This document shows, piece by piece, positions 22,701-34,600 of a DNA stretch of 64,000 bases. Origin of the DNA: Phoronis australis (taxonomy: Eukaryota; Animalia; Phoronida); NCBI GenBank assembly GCA_002633005.1, contig NMRA01000323.1:443997-507996 (forward strand). Reading direction: 5' to 3'. The stretch's first letter is position 1. The number at the start of each line of letters is the position of its first letter. The translations under genes and the position numbers were made by a program. Under the pieces are notes generated by a model. The model saw nothing but the letters and a program-made list of their open reading frames with translations. It did not search any database and was not told the origin of the DNA.

Positions 22701-23639
22701 GTATTGTTCTCCAAAACAGTGTTAGGAATTGTTTTTGAAATTTTAAACTTCTGAAAAATACAACTTCAATGATTTTTATGAAATAAATTAAAAGTTGCAT
22801 AAAAACAAAAACAAAATGATTGTTGGTGACATTTTTTGATGCTGTAGATAATTAGTCTAATTAAAAGCAATGTTATGCAATTTTACTGACTAGTGTATAA
22901 TTAATCAAACATATTGGTTGTTTACCAAAATTTGTAACCTCCTAGGAGTTCATGGGAAGTGATTCACCACATGTCTGTTACCAGTTGTGGGATGTTTATA
23001 ATAACAATTGTGCCTTGTTTTGCAAGTTGTGTAACTTAAAGTCTTTGAAAACCTGTCAACTTTGGGATGAGGCATTTCCGACAACAACAATAATCTGTTA
23101 TTTGTCTATCGGAATTACTCAACTCTTGATTGTCCTGTGCCATAATTGGTAATGACTTGGGTTCATTGCTGGAGTCCAGCAGATTGATTCACAGAATTGT
23201 TTTTGGAACTAGATGTAGCACTTTGGAGGAAGTTTGTGGGTTTTCATGTTTTGAATTATATCGCCCACCTTTCTTGTGTTCAGTATAAATATTCTGTTAG
23301 CTACTCTAGAATTCATATTGCTTGGAGAGAGGCTGCTGCTTGCTTCAAAAATATCACAGATACCCAGCGTTGGTAAGAGACAACTTTGTTTCTTGATGTT
23401 TTACTATAAACTTTGACTTTAGAAACAACTATTCTCAGTTCTTTGATTATTTGATTAACTCATAGAAAGTGTTATAATAGAAATTGTTGTAACTACAAGT
23501 TTCTGCTAACTATTGTTTGCCAAATTGTGAGTTGGTATAATATTACTAGATATGCAATTGTCTGTATTTTAGTATGATGTATTTGGTACTTCAATTTGTA
23601 TTAGATATTGTATTATCTTTATTAATTGTTTCAGGTTTA

Positions 23640-23772
23640 ACCGTATCTTGCCATATCTTGCCGTATCTTACCGTATCGTTTCGTATCGTAAGATAGTAGA
23701 TCGTATCGTATCTTATCGTATCGTTTCGTATCGTAAGATAGTAGATCGTTTCGTATCTTATCGTATCATATC
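23640..23772. repeat. (TATCG)n-like pentanucleotide microsatellite
   Basis: Direct reading. Confidence 0.85.
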
Positions 23773-24994
23773 ATAAATAAAGTTTTATGAGCCAATGTTA
23801 CGGTATTATTATTATACGCGTGTAAACCGCTGGGTCAACAACAACAACAAGAGAGACATCTAATGTGCGTGTGACTGTACGCTACAATGACAATTCAGAA
23901 ACTACAACAGATTTCATCCTGAACATTTATATCGAACAAAAGTTGTTCACGTTACTGATGATTTGATAAGGTAGTACCTGTCTTTTCGCTAATTTTTACT
24001 AAAAATTCGTGGTAACAAGACCCAATCAATAGCAGGTTGTTAGTCAAAAATCAACTTATATACACTTTCTACTTTCAGAAAATGTATACTTTTACTGAGT
24101 TAAAAACTATTGTAGTTTAGCAGATATTTGGCTAAGTAGTCCGTTAACTCCATAAGGTCCTACATTAACTATAAATTTTCAGTGATTATTTTTAGACAAT
24201 GCAAGTACAGGTAGCTTAGGGTTTTGCAACCAGATTAAAGGTTATGATTCATTTCAATGCATGGCACGGCTTGATTTGAATTTTAGCAGCCTTATTCACC
24301 AACTAGAGCCCAGCAAGTTTAATGCAAAACAACAATTCTAGGCAAACTGTCCAAAGTAGCATTGTGGCCTTTGTGGGTAAAAAATGTAGAATCAAAGAGG
24401 GGGGCTGTTGTATTCTTGGAAGTGCTATTTGTTTGGCTTAATCATTTATAGTAAAAATCTGTGCCATTTGAGGAAAATTTTTTGAGTGTAAGAAATTTTT
24501 TGAGTGAGGGGAATTTTTGAGGGAGTGGAGTTTTTTGAGCGAAGGAAATCCCCCTCTCCCTGTGCCATTATCTTCTGGTCAAGATGTCAAGGAGTCCCAT
24601 TTAAAAGAATAATTAGGCCAAGCCGAGATCACAAGTTAGCAGCCGCGAATGTTCCTGTTACATCAACCAATTAACTCCATTCTTTTATCACGTGTAATGG
24701 AGAATGCAAACTCGCTACGTTAAAAAATGAAATAAGGACTCCAACCCAACCATGAACCGAAACGACGATTTCAAAGAAAGCACTACATAAAGAAATGCAG
24801 TTTAAGCAATTGCCAAATTTTTGTTCATATGTTGATCCCAGGAAAAGCTGACTTCAACGACAGTAACACTTTATGGTTTTCCGCTTTTAAGAAACAGTAA
24901 AAACCCTTGGTAATTTAAACAGTGCCAGTAATCCCAAAAGAGGGGTGCCACTCACTTTTTGTTAAATGTTCTGCTTTTCCTTAAAAAATAATTT

Positions 24995-25220
24995 CAGGTG
25001 GTCTGAAACACATTGTAACAGACGTGCACAGGCCGCGCACGTGGGCCCCATTGCACTGATCACCTGGAACCAGTTTTATGCTTTATTAATAAATAGTTAA
25101 AACCGAGCTGAGGAGCTAGAAACCTGATTCAAGGTTTTGCCAGTGTTTCCCATCGGGACTCAAACCCACGACCTCGAGTAAAGAAAGCAGACACCCATCA
25201 CACTAGGCCACACTGCCTCC
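24995..25220 (-). mobile_element. tRNA-derived SINE, copy 2
   Basis: GGAGGCAGTGTGGCCTAGTG...GGTCGTGGGTTTGAGTCCC head; body similar to 5047-5273. Confidence 0.78.
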
Positions 25221-26099
25221 TCTGCTATTCCGTGCCATAGGACTGATTAACAGGATACGAGACCAAGTGAAACTGCCCTCCATTGAGACTCAAAGAAATA
25301 CCTGATGGTGATGCATGGGGAAAAACCACACAGCTGACTTAATTTATGTAAAATGCAGAACAATAACAAATTAGAAAGTTTTCAACAACATACTCAAGCA
25401 TGAAAACTGAAAAAATTTTAATTATGACGTTTTTGCAAGGTTTTTATCCCATCAGTTCAGACTCATGCAAAACACTATCTTTACAGTTTTTACACCAATG
25501 ACGAATGACAGACATGGCCTACAAGGCAAAAGGACCCTGATAGTCGCCTCTTTAAATGTAAATACATGTATTTTCCAGGTCATTTCCTTGGGGGTAGTAA
25601 ACAGCAAGGAACAATAGGTTGGTTGAGGTTCAACTTACCTGACGTTTCGGTTTGTCCGCTTTTGTGGTAAAGCAATTCAGTTTTTTAGTTCAAGTGTACC
25701 CAAGTACACAGTTGAAGTTAGTTAACTGAGTTGAATTTTATGCAATCGAGTCAAGTCTCCTAATGAGACCACGCAGTACAGCGTACCTATGAATCAGTAT
25801 CGACTGAATAACAAGTTTTACTCACCACTATAATGACTCAACACCGACCGAGATTTCGGTACGCTGAGAATGGAATTTCCTTTGTTTGGTTTGGACGACT
25901 AACAATTTTTTAAGAAACACCACAAAACATAGGTGGATATGTGAAAATGTTAAAACTCTGTGAAGTCCTTCATACTTACATACCTTTTAGACGATCTTTC
26001 GGAGAACGCTTATGCACTGGTAAGGCGAAAAATGAAAGATTTTCAACCAGAAACTGTAACCAAGCATTAGCAAAATAAACGGAGTCACTCTTCGCTTCG

Positions 26100-26160
26100 A
26101 GCAGGATGACGTCATGGCCAATCAAATTCTCTATGATCGGGTAATCTGACCAATCGTGTA
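26100..26160 (-). promoter_or_regulatory. Probable promoter of the BTG gene: full CRE plus two CCAAT boxes
   Basis: TGACGTCA at 26107-26114, CCAAT at 26118-26122 and about 26150; a second TGACGTCA near 26425; strong minus-strand donor sites just downstream (about 25980, 25825, 25638) suggest non-coding first exons. Confidence 0.55.
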
Positions 26161-27644
26161 ACGTATTGACATCGTGTGCTGTCCTGTCATTGTTTTGACC
26201 TGCAAAGAAACGCGGGAAACTTGAAGAACCATAATGTTGTCAACATTGAGGATAGTTCACTTAGCGGCCGCACTCTCCATTAGTCACTGCGTGACACGCT
26301 GCACACGTCTGTGTAGGCCTACAGCTAGGCGTTTTGCGAACCATTGGCCTCTAATTATGCCACTGGAGTTTGAGCCGCAAAAATATTATTTTTGTCCAAT
26401 ACGGGAACATGTCACTCACATTCTGACGTCATTGTTTAGGCCTAATTCACGATTTCACGAAAAATTTTCACAACTTTCACTACTATTACAAATGAAGGTA
26501 ATGTTCGTTCTATGACAATTTTTGAAAACATAAAAACCACTGGAAAATGGTAATTGTGCCTCCTGAAAATTTAAATAATTTTTCATTTTTTACTTTATTA
26601 TCTTAACGCAATTTTTTTAATTCGACGGCGGACGGGGTCTTTTTAACCATTTTCTCCGAATTTGGGATAACTGTTCCCCGACACGGGTATCTCTGTAGAG
26701 GCTCGCAAAAAAAACTTTTGGGCACGGCCTTTGTTGTCGCGGCTTAGACCAACCCATGTGTGCCCTTCCGTAGACTAGTTTCTAATTGCGAGAAAATCAA
26801 GAACTCGAAAGACTTCGTGAGATATCGCCGTTTATAATAAGCGGAGCATGGGGTCACTAATGCGTCATTAATGCCAACACAAAATAACAGTTACCGTACT
26901 CCAGTCGATCCCGCGGGGAACAAGCAGCAAAACAGACTGCACCGGCACATCACTTGAAAATGCATATACTGAAGACTGAGAGAGACCACTAGAGAAATCA
27001 AAACAGTTGGAGCTAAAATGAACCAATGTTTCTAATCAAATCAAATAGCGCTCAGCGTGATTCAACCGTTGCATAACCTCCTGTGGTCACATTTCAGATT
27101 ACTCTGGTGTTTAGGAGGGCTATGCATGGGGGATACTGCTTGATTTTTGAATCTGTTCTAAGTGAAAAATTGCCAGCCATTGACCCCTGGACCCCGCACT
27201 TTTTTCTCAGCCATGGCTTCAACCTTTACTCATCAGGAGGCCTACTGGCAAACTGGAAGTTGAAGTTTAGCACTGAGAAAGTTCAGGTACACTGCAGACA
27301 GTTTTATTTGCAAAAATAATCTGACTGGTCAACACCCAGCCCACCCGATTTCTGTAATGTGTAGAGTTTTTGGCAATGATCTAAATGTACTGTCTTTCAG
27401 CTCGTAGTGGACGCATACCAATGGTGCCTTTGGTGTGAAAACTGCTGATTTTGTGTATTTTTGTTCGTTTTTTAAGTAGCTGGCTGCACGTCGGGCCGGT
27501 AAGTAGTCATGACTTTGGAATGAGTTTTAATACACCTTTTGCACGGTTTTCGAAGTCTTTATTTTAAGGTTCTGCACATCCTGTGGAACAGACTGTTGGA
27601 GCTGACAAGTCCTAGTTTCAAGCCCAAAATCAGCAAAAATTTAC

Positions 27645-29046
27645 AGGAGAATGCCACTTGATGTGATTGCTTTTTTACCGTCTTAATCGATCTATTTCCA
27701 CATCACCTCGTATACGGTCGATATCACCTCGCCGAGGTGTCACGTTTACCTGCAGACAAGAACGCAGAGGACGTAAATGGTTCCTCTGCAGAGTGAGTGC
27801 CGCTATGTTGTGGTGTATTGTTCCCGCTTGTGTGAACCATGAAGCTGCGTTGAAAGAGGTTATATCGTTTTTTCGATTTCATCAAGAACCCGAAATGTTT
27901 CGGAAGTGGCGCGCGGCAGTGAAGAATGAAAAGCACGCTGTTGATACCTGAAGTACGAGTCCGTGAAATATCTCCGAGTGTGTGGCCGGCATTGTTCTGT
28001 TTCAAAGTGAATTATTCTCAACGTAACCAATGCTTATATAAAACTGAACAAAGTATCAAAGTCTGTCTCATTGGAAACAATTTGAAGTATCTTCGGAGTG
28101 TTCGTGAGTGCAAATGTTTCGAGAAACCAACAATGAACTACGTACGTTACCGGCTCCAGATACAAAAGAAACGTAATATTGACCGGCTACCCGCGCCGTC
28201 GTGAGCGCATGCTAATCCAGTGTTTGTTGACAGAAAGCTGTTGTAAAACAACAACTCGATTTTACATTCTATACTCAGATGTTAGGGGAATCTTTATGTG
28301 CATTATTCGAATGATTGTTATTGTACAACCTTTCGCCCAGACACTGAGTTCTGTGGAAGCCGGAACCTCGGAGTTCGCGGCCCCCGACGAGTAAGTAGAT
28401 TTGCAGTTTCGCGGCCAATTCTCTTAAATGTTCACATGCACATTGTTTTTTTTGGCTTACTAATTTAGTCTTTTCGTGACTGGAAATTTAGTTTTCAATT
28501 TTGACAGGCGACTAATCCGGCTGGTTTATGTTCGTGATGTCTCCATTCCCGGCCGGCGATCAGGCTTGATCGCCCGGGGGCCGAGCCACTGAGTTATAAC
28601 GAGCGTTTTGTGCGTTTAGAACTGAAAATTTTCGTAAGTCTATAATCACGGCTAGGCTCTCATGTTTGTATTTTCTTTATTATCACTGAGATCCAATAAC
28701 TTACCGCGGCTGACTATCTGAGGCCTACCCAACTGGAATTGTGGACTACGGAACGTTCAATTTTTCTTTAAATCCGTAACAGCAAAATAAAACCACTCGT
28801 TTGTTTAAAACTCAATGTAGTTGTAAGGGTTTTGCATCGAATTTTGATGCTTTATTGGTGTAAAGCGATATAAAGTCAAGCGATAAGCTGACACCTGTAA
28901 GCCGCGTCTTGTGAACTGCTGAGCAGACTGTGTGTTAGATTCTGTGACGTCATCGTGTCAGGTAAAACAGTTGAACTTCTTGTTATCGAGTGGAACTACT
29001 CGATCTAAACTGATACAAAATACATTGTTTTTGGTGGCATTCTCAT
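27645..29046 (+). mobile_element. Second, shorter and more decayed copy of the same Kolobok family
   Basis: Termini AGGAGAATGCCAC ... GTGGCATTCTCAT, flanks TTAC/TTAG; colinear similarity to 32485-34546; THAP remnant MLWCIVPACVNHEAALKEVISFFRF from 27805. Confidence 0.85.
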
Positions 29047-29990
29047 TTAGTACCGCCTCAGTACATACTCGAGATTTCCTCATCAGGGCTTACACATGTT
29101 ACATGCAAATGTGGCCCTAATTATGGATATAGGTGCATGTCAGCCCTAAAACATGTATAAAAGAGCACATATGCTGTATACTGCAGAAATTTATGTGGTA
29201 ACTGGATTGAAAATGGCGATAATCCAACGAAAGGCGTTTCTGTTAGGAAAACGGCATCAGTCCTGATAAATTTAACTAGCTGACTATATTATCGAGGAAC
29301 AATCAATAAAAATCAAGGGGATCACTAGTTTTAGGCTATAATAACTCCTATAAAACTGCAATAATGTAAACTTTTAGCATCATACCAAGCCAAGGGATTT
29401 AAAAACAGAACAGAGCTATCACCCTACCGTCTTACTGTATTCACATACAATAAACTACAAAGCATTCATCAATCGGAATATGAGTAGAGCCATAAAAACA
29501 TTATAATTTTAGGTTTAAGTTTAAAACCAAATAAAAGGAACTGCAGCATGAAAGTTAAGCTAATTCCAAAGAAAAGGGTAGAACACAGACCCACCTGGCT
29601 GTCTATCAAGATTCGCGGCAGACCATAAACACAAGTGCATTACTGGAAATGGGCAACCCATTTCGCACGGCTTCCCAGCACCCGATTTCGTTTCCAAGAG
29701 ATGCCACTCAAGTACATGTAGGAATATTTCACAAATAACAGCCCAGTTCGTGTTTACGACTTGTCATTCTTTCTAAGTTTAGTGACAGTCAAGTTCAGAG
29801 TGTATGTCAATCAATGTTTTGAGTGAACTACAAGACATGGAAAAATTAAACATCAAAATTCTACATTAATTTTAGGTGGATGTCATGCTGAAAGAACATT
29901 AGTCGGGAAAAGGTTGATTTGTGTTAAAATTTTTCTTTCTACAAAATGAAGCAGGCACGTAGAGTTTCAGTGCGAAGAGAATTGCAATTA

Positions 29991-30338
29991 CAGACCTGCC
30001 AAGGGGGTATAACAACTTTGCTGGAGGTTGGTTGAAATTTTGCTTGAGATTGGACAAATTTGCTCAAATTTTGGTTGAAGTTCCTGGCGATATCTTCGCT
30101 AACTGTCAAACTTTATATATCCTAAAATATAAGACTTAACTAGTCATAGTAAATTAATAAATAAAACATTTTCAAATTATTTCATGAAAACGATATTACA
30201 TCGTAGAAAACTAGGTTTTTGAAAATTTACGACCAAAAAATTCATTTTACGTGAGATAGCTTAAGGCTCGCGTGAGTGCGTGAGGCAGTGGCAAAATGCG
30301 TGAGACTCACGCGAGATGCGTAAGACTTGGCAGGTCTG
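29991..30338. mobile_element. MITE with CAGACCTGCCAAG TIRs
   Basis: Perfect 13-bp TIR and CAATTA 6-bp TSD. Confidence 0.85.
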
Positions 30339-30535
30339 CAATTATGTTATAAGTAGCATTTAATTACTTTTTTCGAATTTTATTTCCATGAACGAACGAA
30401 TAACACTTAGCCTTAAGAGTTGTAAAAATTGTGCGAAATCGACGGAAACAAGGATACTGAACATTCACTAAACGACCAAAAACACGAATTTACCAAAATT
30501 CAAGAAAAAATCAATTATGAAAAAATCGCGTATGC

Positions 30536-30580
30536 ACAACAACAACAACAACAACAACAACAATGACAACAACAACAACA
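30536..30580. repeat. (CAA)n microsatellite just past the MS4A-like stop codon
   Basis: Direct reading. Confidence 0.9.
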
Positions 30581-30598
30581 GTTATATAGACAATGCAA

Positions 30599-31639
30599 CT
30601 ACAAAGCAGATTCTTTATCGAAACGAGTATGCGCAGAATGGGTTTCTGGCAAGTCGTTTTCACTGTCAGCCGGAGTGACTCCGAGAGAAGTGGCTTGCTG
30701 TGTAAATTGTTCGACAGACATTCCTGGCTTTGCGCGGCTAGACGATTCTTGCAGCAAGCTAGCCACGCGCACCTTGCCGGCATCATGAGAGGATACTTCC
30801 GGTGGTGGCTCTTCCCATGGTCGCCGTGCGCTTTCGGAGGATTTATATGTCGAAGCTTCGACGATATTCTTCGGTTCCCCAAACATGCTCCACAGTGTTC
30901 CGACATAGCTTGATATCTCTGAGGATTTAGTGTCACTTGCTACTCCAATATCTCCACTCCTTTCTGGCGCAGTTTCTGAGCTGATGTTTGAAAATTCAGT
31001 CGTGGCATAAGCAGAGGTTGTCGGTAATGTGTCCAAACTGGTTTCAACATATCCGCTGTATTCGATGGTGGACGAAATTGTTGGCTTTTCTGATACCGAC
31101 GCTTCTCCTTCTGTCAACGGTTGAACACCGGACAAGGATTGTTTCATCTTTGACATAACTTGTAGCTGCTTGGGCGAAGGAACACGATACTTTTCTGATT
31201 TTACAACTTTCGACTTGACAAACGTGGACTTTGGCTCATGGTGTTCACCACGACGACGTTCAGTAATTTTGCCCATTGCTGGTCTAACCCATTCGTGACT
31301 TGTCATGACTCGAGTCGCTCTTCTAGTTCCTATTTGTGTCTTCGCCTCCTGCAAATTTTGAAAAGCGATCTCCCCCTCTGGAGCTTGAAACAATGAAATT
31401 GGGGTCCCATCTTTGAAATATCTAACTTTATCAATGTCAGTCCCCTCCTGTTCATGATAGTTCATCTCCAGTTGGCTTGAATCGAACTTCTTTTCTCTAG
31501 TTTTGTACTGAGCCTCTGCCTTCACGAACGGATTTCCCCCAGTTTTCCAACAAACAAATACGGACGCCGCGGACAGCAGGGTTTCCGCAACGCACATGCC
31601 AGTCATAGCATAGATTGAAGTTGCAACTGCTTGTCGCTC
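30599..31639 (-). CDS. MS4A-like gene terminal exon (TM4 plus about 315-aa Ser/Thr/Glu/Lys-rich tail)
   Basis: ttttAG acceptor, contains ORF 30599..31606, the longest in the window. Confidence 0.88.
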   Translation of the reverse strand, partial: ERQAVATSIYAMTGMCVAETLLSAASVFVCWKTGGNPFVKAEAQYKTREKKFDSSQLEMNYHEQEGTDIDKVRYFKDGTPISLFQAPEGEIAFQNLQEAKTQIGTRRATRVMTSHEWVRPAMGKITERRRGEHHEPKSTFVKSKVVKSEKYRVPSPKQLQVMSKMKQSLSGVQPLTEGEASVSEKPTISSTIEYSGYVETSLDTLPTTSAYATTEFSNISSETAPERSGDIGVASDTKSSEISSYVGTLWSMFGEPKNIVEASTYKSSESARRPWEEPPPEVSSHDAGKVRVASLLQESSSRAKPGMSVEQFTQQATSLGVTPADSENDLPETHSAHTRFDKESAL

Positions 31640-34600
31640 CTAAAAACACAAAATTTACATTAGATTTAAATCTAAAAGATACGCAGAAAACATCAGTTCT
31701 GCTGCTATGAATTTTTGTTGACCGCAAAATTTCTTTCGCACAGAAACAACAGAACTCAAGGCCGTGTGACAAACACGATTAAAAATCATTCTGCAAGGTA
31801 AACAAATGAAGCGTCAATTTTCAAAAAGTATTTCACAGACTCTACACAATTAAAAGTTACCTCCACAGAAAAATTCGTATACGTAATTCCTCCACTGGTT
31901 GTCAACCCTAAGACCAGGGTGATACCCATCCCACAGGTGGCGACAAAGCAGCAAAACAAGGAGACGAACATCAAGCAGATTCCCCAACATGGTGTCTGGT
32001 ACTTTGAGGCACCACCACCAAGAAGACCGACCGTGGCAAACTAATGTAAGCGAAAATCATTGTCAAAATAATTCAAAATAGATGTCAGTCGTATATGTAC
32101 ACACGCTTGTCTAAGTATCGACAAAACTACAATTAATGCAACGACTCCTATTAATTGGATGTTAACGAAGTTACGAGGTGCCAAGCCTTAGATATGAGTG
32201 CTTAAGATCTATGCGAAAATACCAAAAAGTTCATTTGACCATGTTACGCATCATCGAGCACTCAAATTTGTCTCAAAGTTGATAAGCAAGACTGACACTT
32301 AAATAAAACAAAGAGGTTCTGAAACGATAAGGATGACTATCGGTGCTTCGACAAAAACTAATGAGTGTTAATTTATAAGAAAACACTGAAATTCAGCAAA
32401 ACACATACATGTAATAGGATAATAATAAGTTCAAGGAAAATGTTTTATCATGCATCAATAGTCAGATGACTTAATTATATTTAAAGGAGAGTGCCACCCG
32501 ATTTAATTAGTCATTTTTACCGTCTTAATCGGTGTATATCCACATCATCTCGTACACGGTCGATCTTACCTCCCCGAGAGGTGTCGCGTTAAGCTGTGAG
32601 GAATTAAAGGTGAGAAACGACGCAGAGACGTCAGTGGTTCTGCAGAGTGAGTGCCGCTATGGTGTGGTGTATCGTTCCCGCTTGTGCGAACAATGAAGCT
32701 GCGAGGAAAGCGGGTATATCGTTTTTTCGATTTCCTCGAGAGCCCATAATTCTTCGGAAGTGGCTCGCGGTGAAGAATGAAAAGTACGCCGTTAATATCA
32801 AGTATGAGGCCGTGAAACTTCACCGTGTCTGTCGATCAATGGCCTGCAGTCGTCGGGTCGGTTGTTGATCAATTTTTGATTATGGAGAAATTGTAATTAG
32901 CAATGAAAACATAAACAATTACAATTAATTCAAGGCATGAGAACATAACGTTTTATATAATCTGTTTGATGACTGACTCGTACGTCAGGCTTATGTTTGG
33001 TCCGATTTGGGTGTATGATGCTTTCGGCACTTCTTTTTCTCAGCCTTAAAAACGTCATAAGCACAGCTCTGTTCAGATGCGGTGCAAAATCAGGCTTGTC
33101 CGTGAGACACATTTGCTCTTCTCCAAGAAGGCGCGTTTCACTTGCGGAATTTCGGGGCAGCAAACGCAAGCGTCAGTCGTTTACATTATCGTGCACTTAG
33201 CTCACTGACACCATGATACGTCATTCAAACGGTTTTCGGAACTATCCGTTAGTTCCGTTGTCTGTACACGTTCAGGGAGCCTCTCTAATATTTTTTGATC
33301 AGTGTATTCGGTCTCGAACTGATAGCCCGTGAAACAGAACGATCGACCTGAGAAGTCTTCGTCGGATGAGCACTTGTCTAAGTCAGGATTGCGAATTGTC
33401 CCGTTGACGTTTGTTATTGTTAGTTCTGTTTCAAAATGAATTATTCTCACCCTAACACATGCTTATATAAAACTGAAACAAAGTCTGTCTCATTAGATAC
33501 AATTTGTAATCCCTTGGAGAGTGCGTAAGTGCAAAAAATTTTGAGAAGCAAGCAGAAAAAACCACTGCTTTACCGGGTTTAGATGATTTTGAGAAGCAAG
33601 CAGAAAAAAACACTGCTTTACCAGGAGTAGATGCATATAAACTAATGAACGGGCACCGAGGACGTGTGAGCGCATGCTAAGTCAGTGTTTGATGACAGAA
33701 AGCTGCTTCGAAACAATAAATCGATTTTATATCATATGGTCAGATGTTAGGCGAATATTTATCTGGATATTCATATACATTATTCGAATCATTGTTACTG
33801 CACAACTTTTGCCCTAACGGTTCTGTGGAAGGGTAACCTGACTTCTTGGTACTCGACGAGCTAGTAAGTAGATTTGAAGTTTCGCGGCTAATTCACCAAA
33901 AAAAACAAGTGCACATGTTTTCTTTGGCTCACTGGCATAGTACTTTCGTGACTGGAAGTTTAATTTCTAACTTTGGCTGGTTTATGTTCGTGATGTCTTC
34001 AGTCCGGCCGCGATGGGCCTAATCAGGTTCGGAGCCATTGGCCAGGATAGCAAGCGTTTTGTGTGTTAAGAAGTGAAAAAATGGCAAGTCTAAAATAACA
34101 ACAAATAGCTATGTTCTCCTGTCTCTATTTCATGGACGAATAGTTTGAATTTATCACCGAACAGGCCCCAAACTCCCGCGACTGCGGAGCTTGGTAAATT
34201 GGCCTACCGAACTTTGTAGGCTACGGTACGTTCAAATACCTAAAAATCTGTAACATCGTAATAAAATACCATGTTTGTTCAATCACTCGATGTATTTGTA
34301 AGGGTCGAAATCAAATTTTGATGATTTATTGGTGTAAAACGATGAATTCAAGCGGTAAGCTGACACCAGTAAGCGTGTTGTGAACTAGTGAACAGACTGC
34401 ATTCGAACCTCTGACGTCATTTTTTTAATTTCAACACCTCCATCTGCCGTTAGATGTCAGGTAAAAGAGTTGTACTTGCTGTTATCGAGTGGAACTACTC
34501 GATCTAAATTGATACAAACTAGGTTGTTTTGGGGTGGCATTCTCCTTTAAATGCGTCGTTTTGAATGTTTAGTTATTTCCTTTCATGTTATTGACTGCAC

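Larger units (their letters stand above)
32485..34546 (+). mobile_element. Kolobok-type DNA transposon, internally deleted, in intron 1 of the MS4A-like gene
   Basis: TTAA on both sides (32481-84, 34547-50); 15-bp TIR AGGAGAGTGCCACCC / GGGTGGCATTCTCCT; THAP-domain remnant on plus and Cys-rich remnant on minus. TTAA TSD, purine termini and THAP are Kolobok hallmarks. Confidence 0.88.

Noticed and set aside
25140-25220. tRNA gene
   Set aside because: A/B boxes present but no full cloverleaf and it is attached to a repeated body, so SINE head.
30593-30936. Overlapping alternative ORFs including a poly-Val stretch
   Set aside because: Shadow frames of the MS4A-like terminal exon and a (CAA)n microsatellite.
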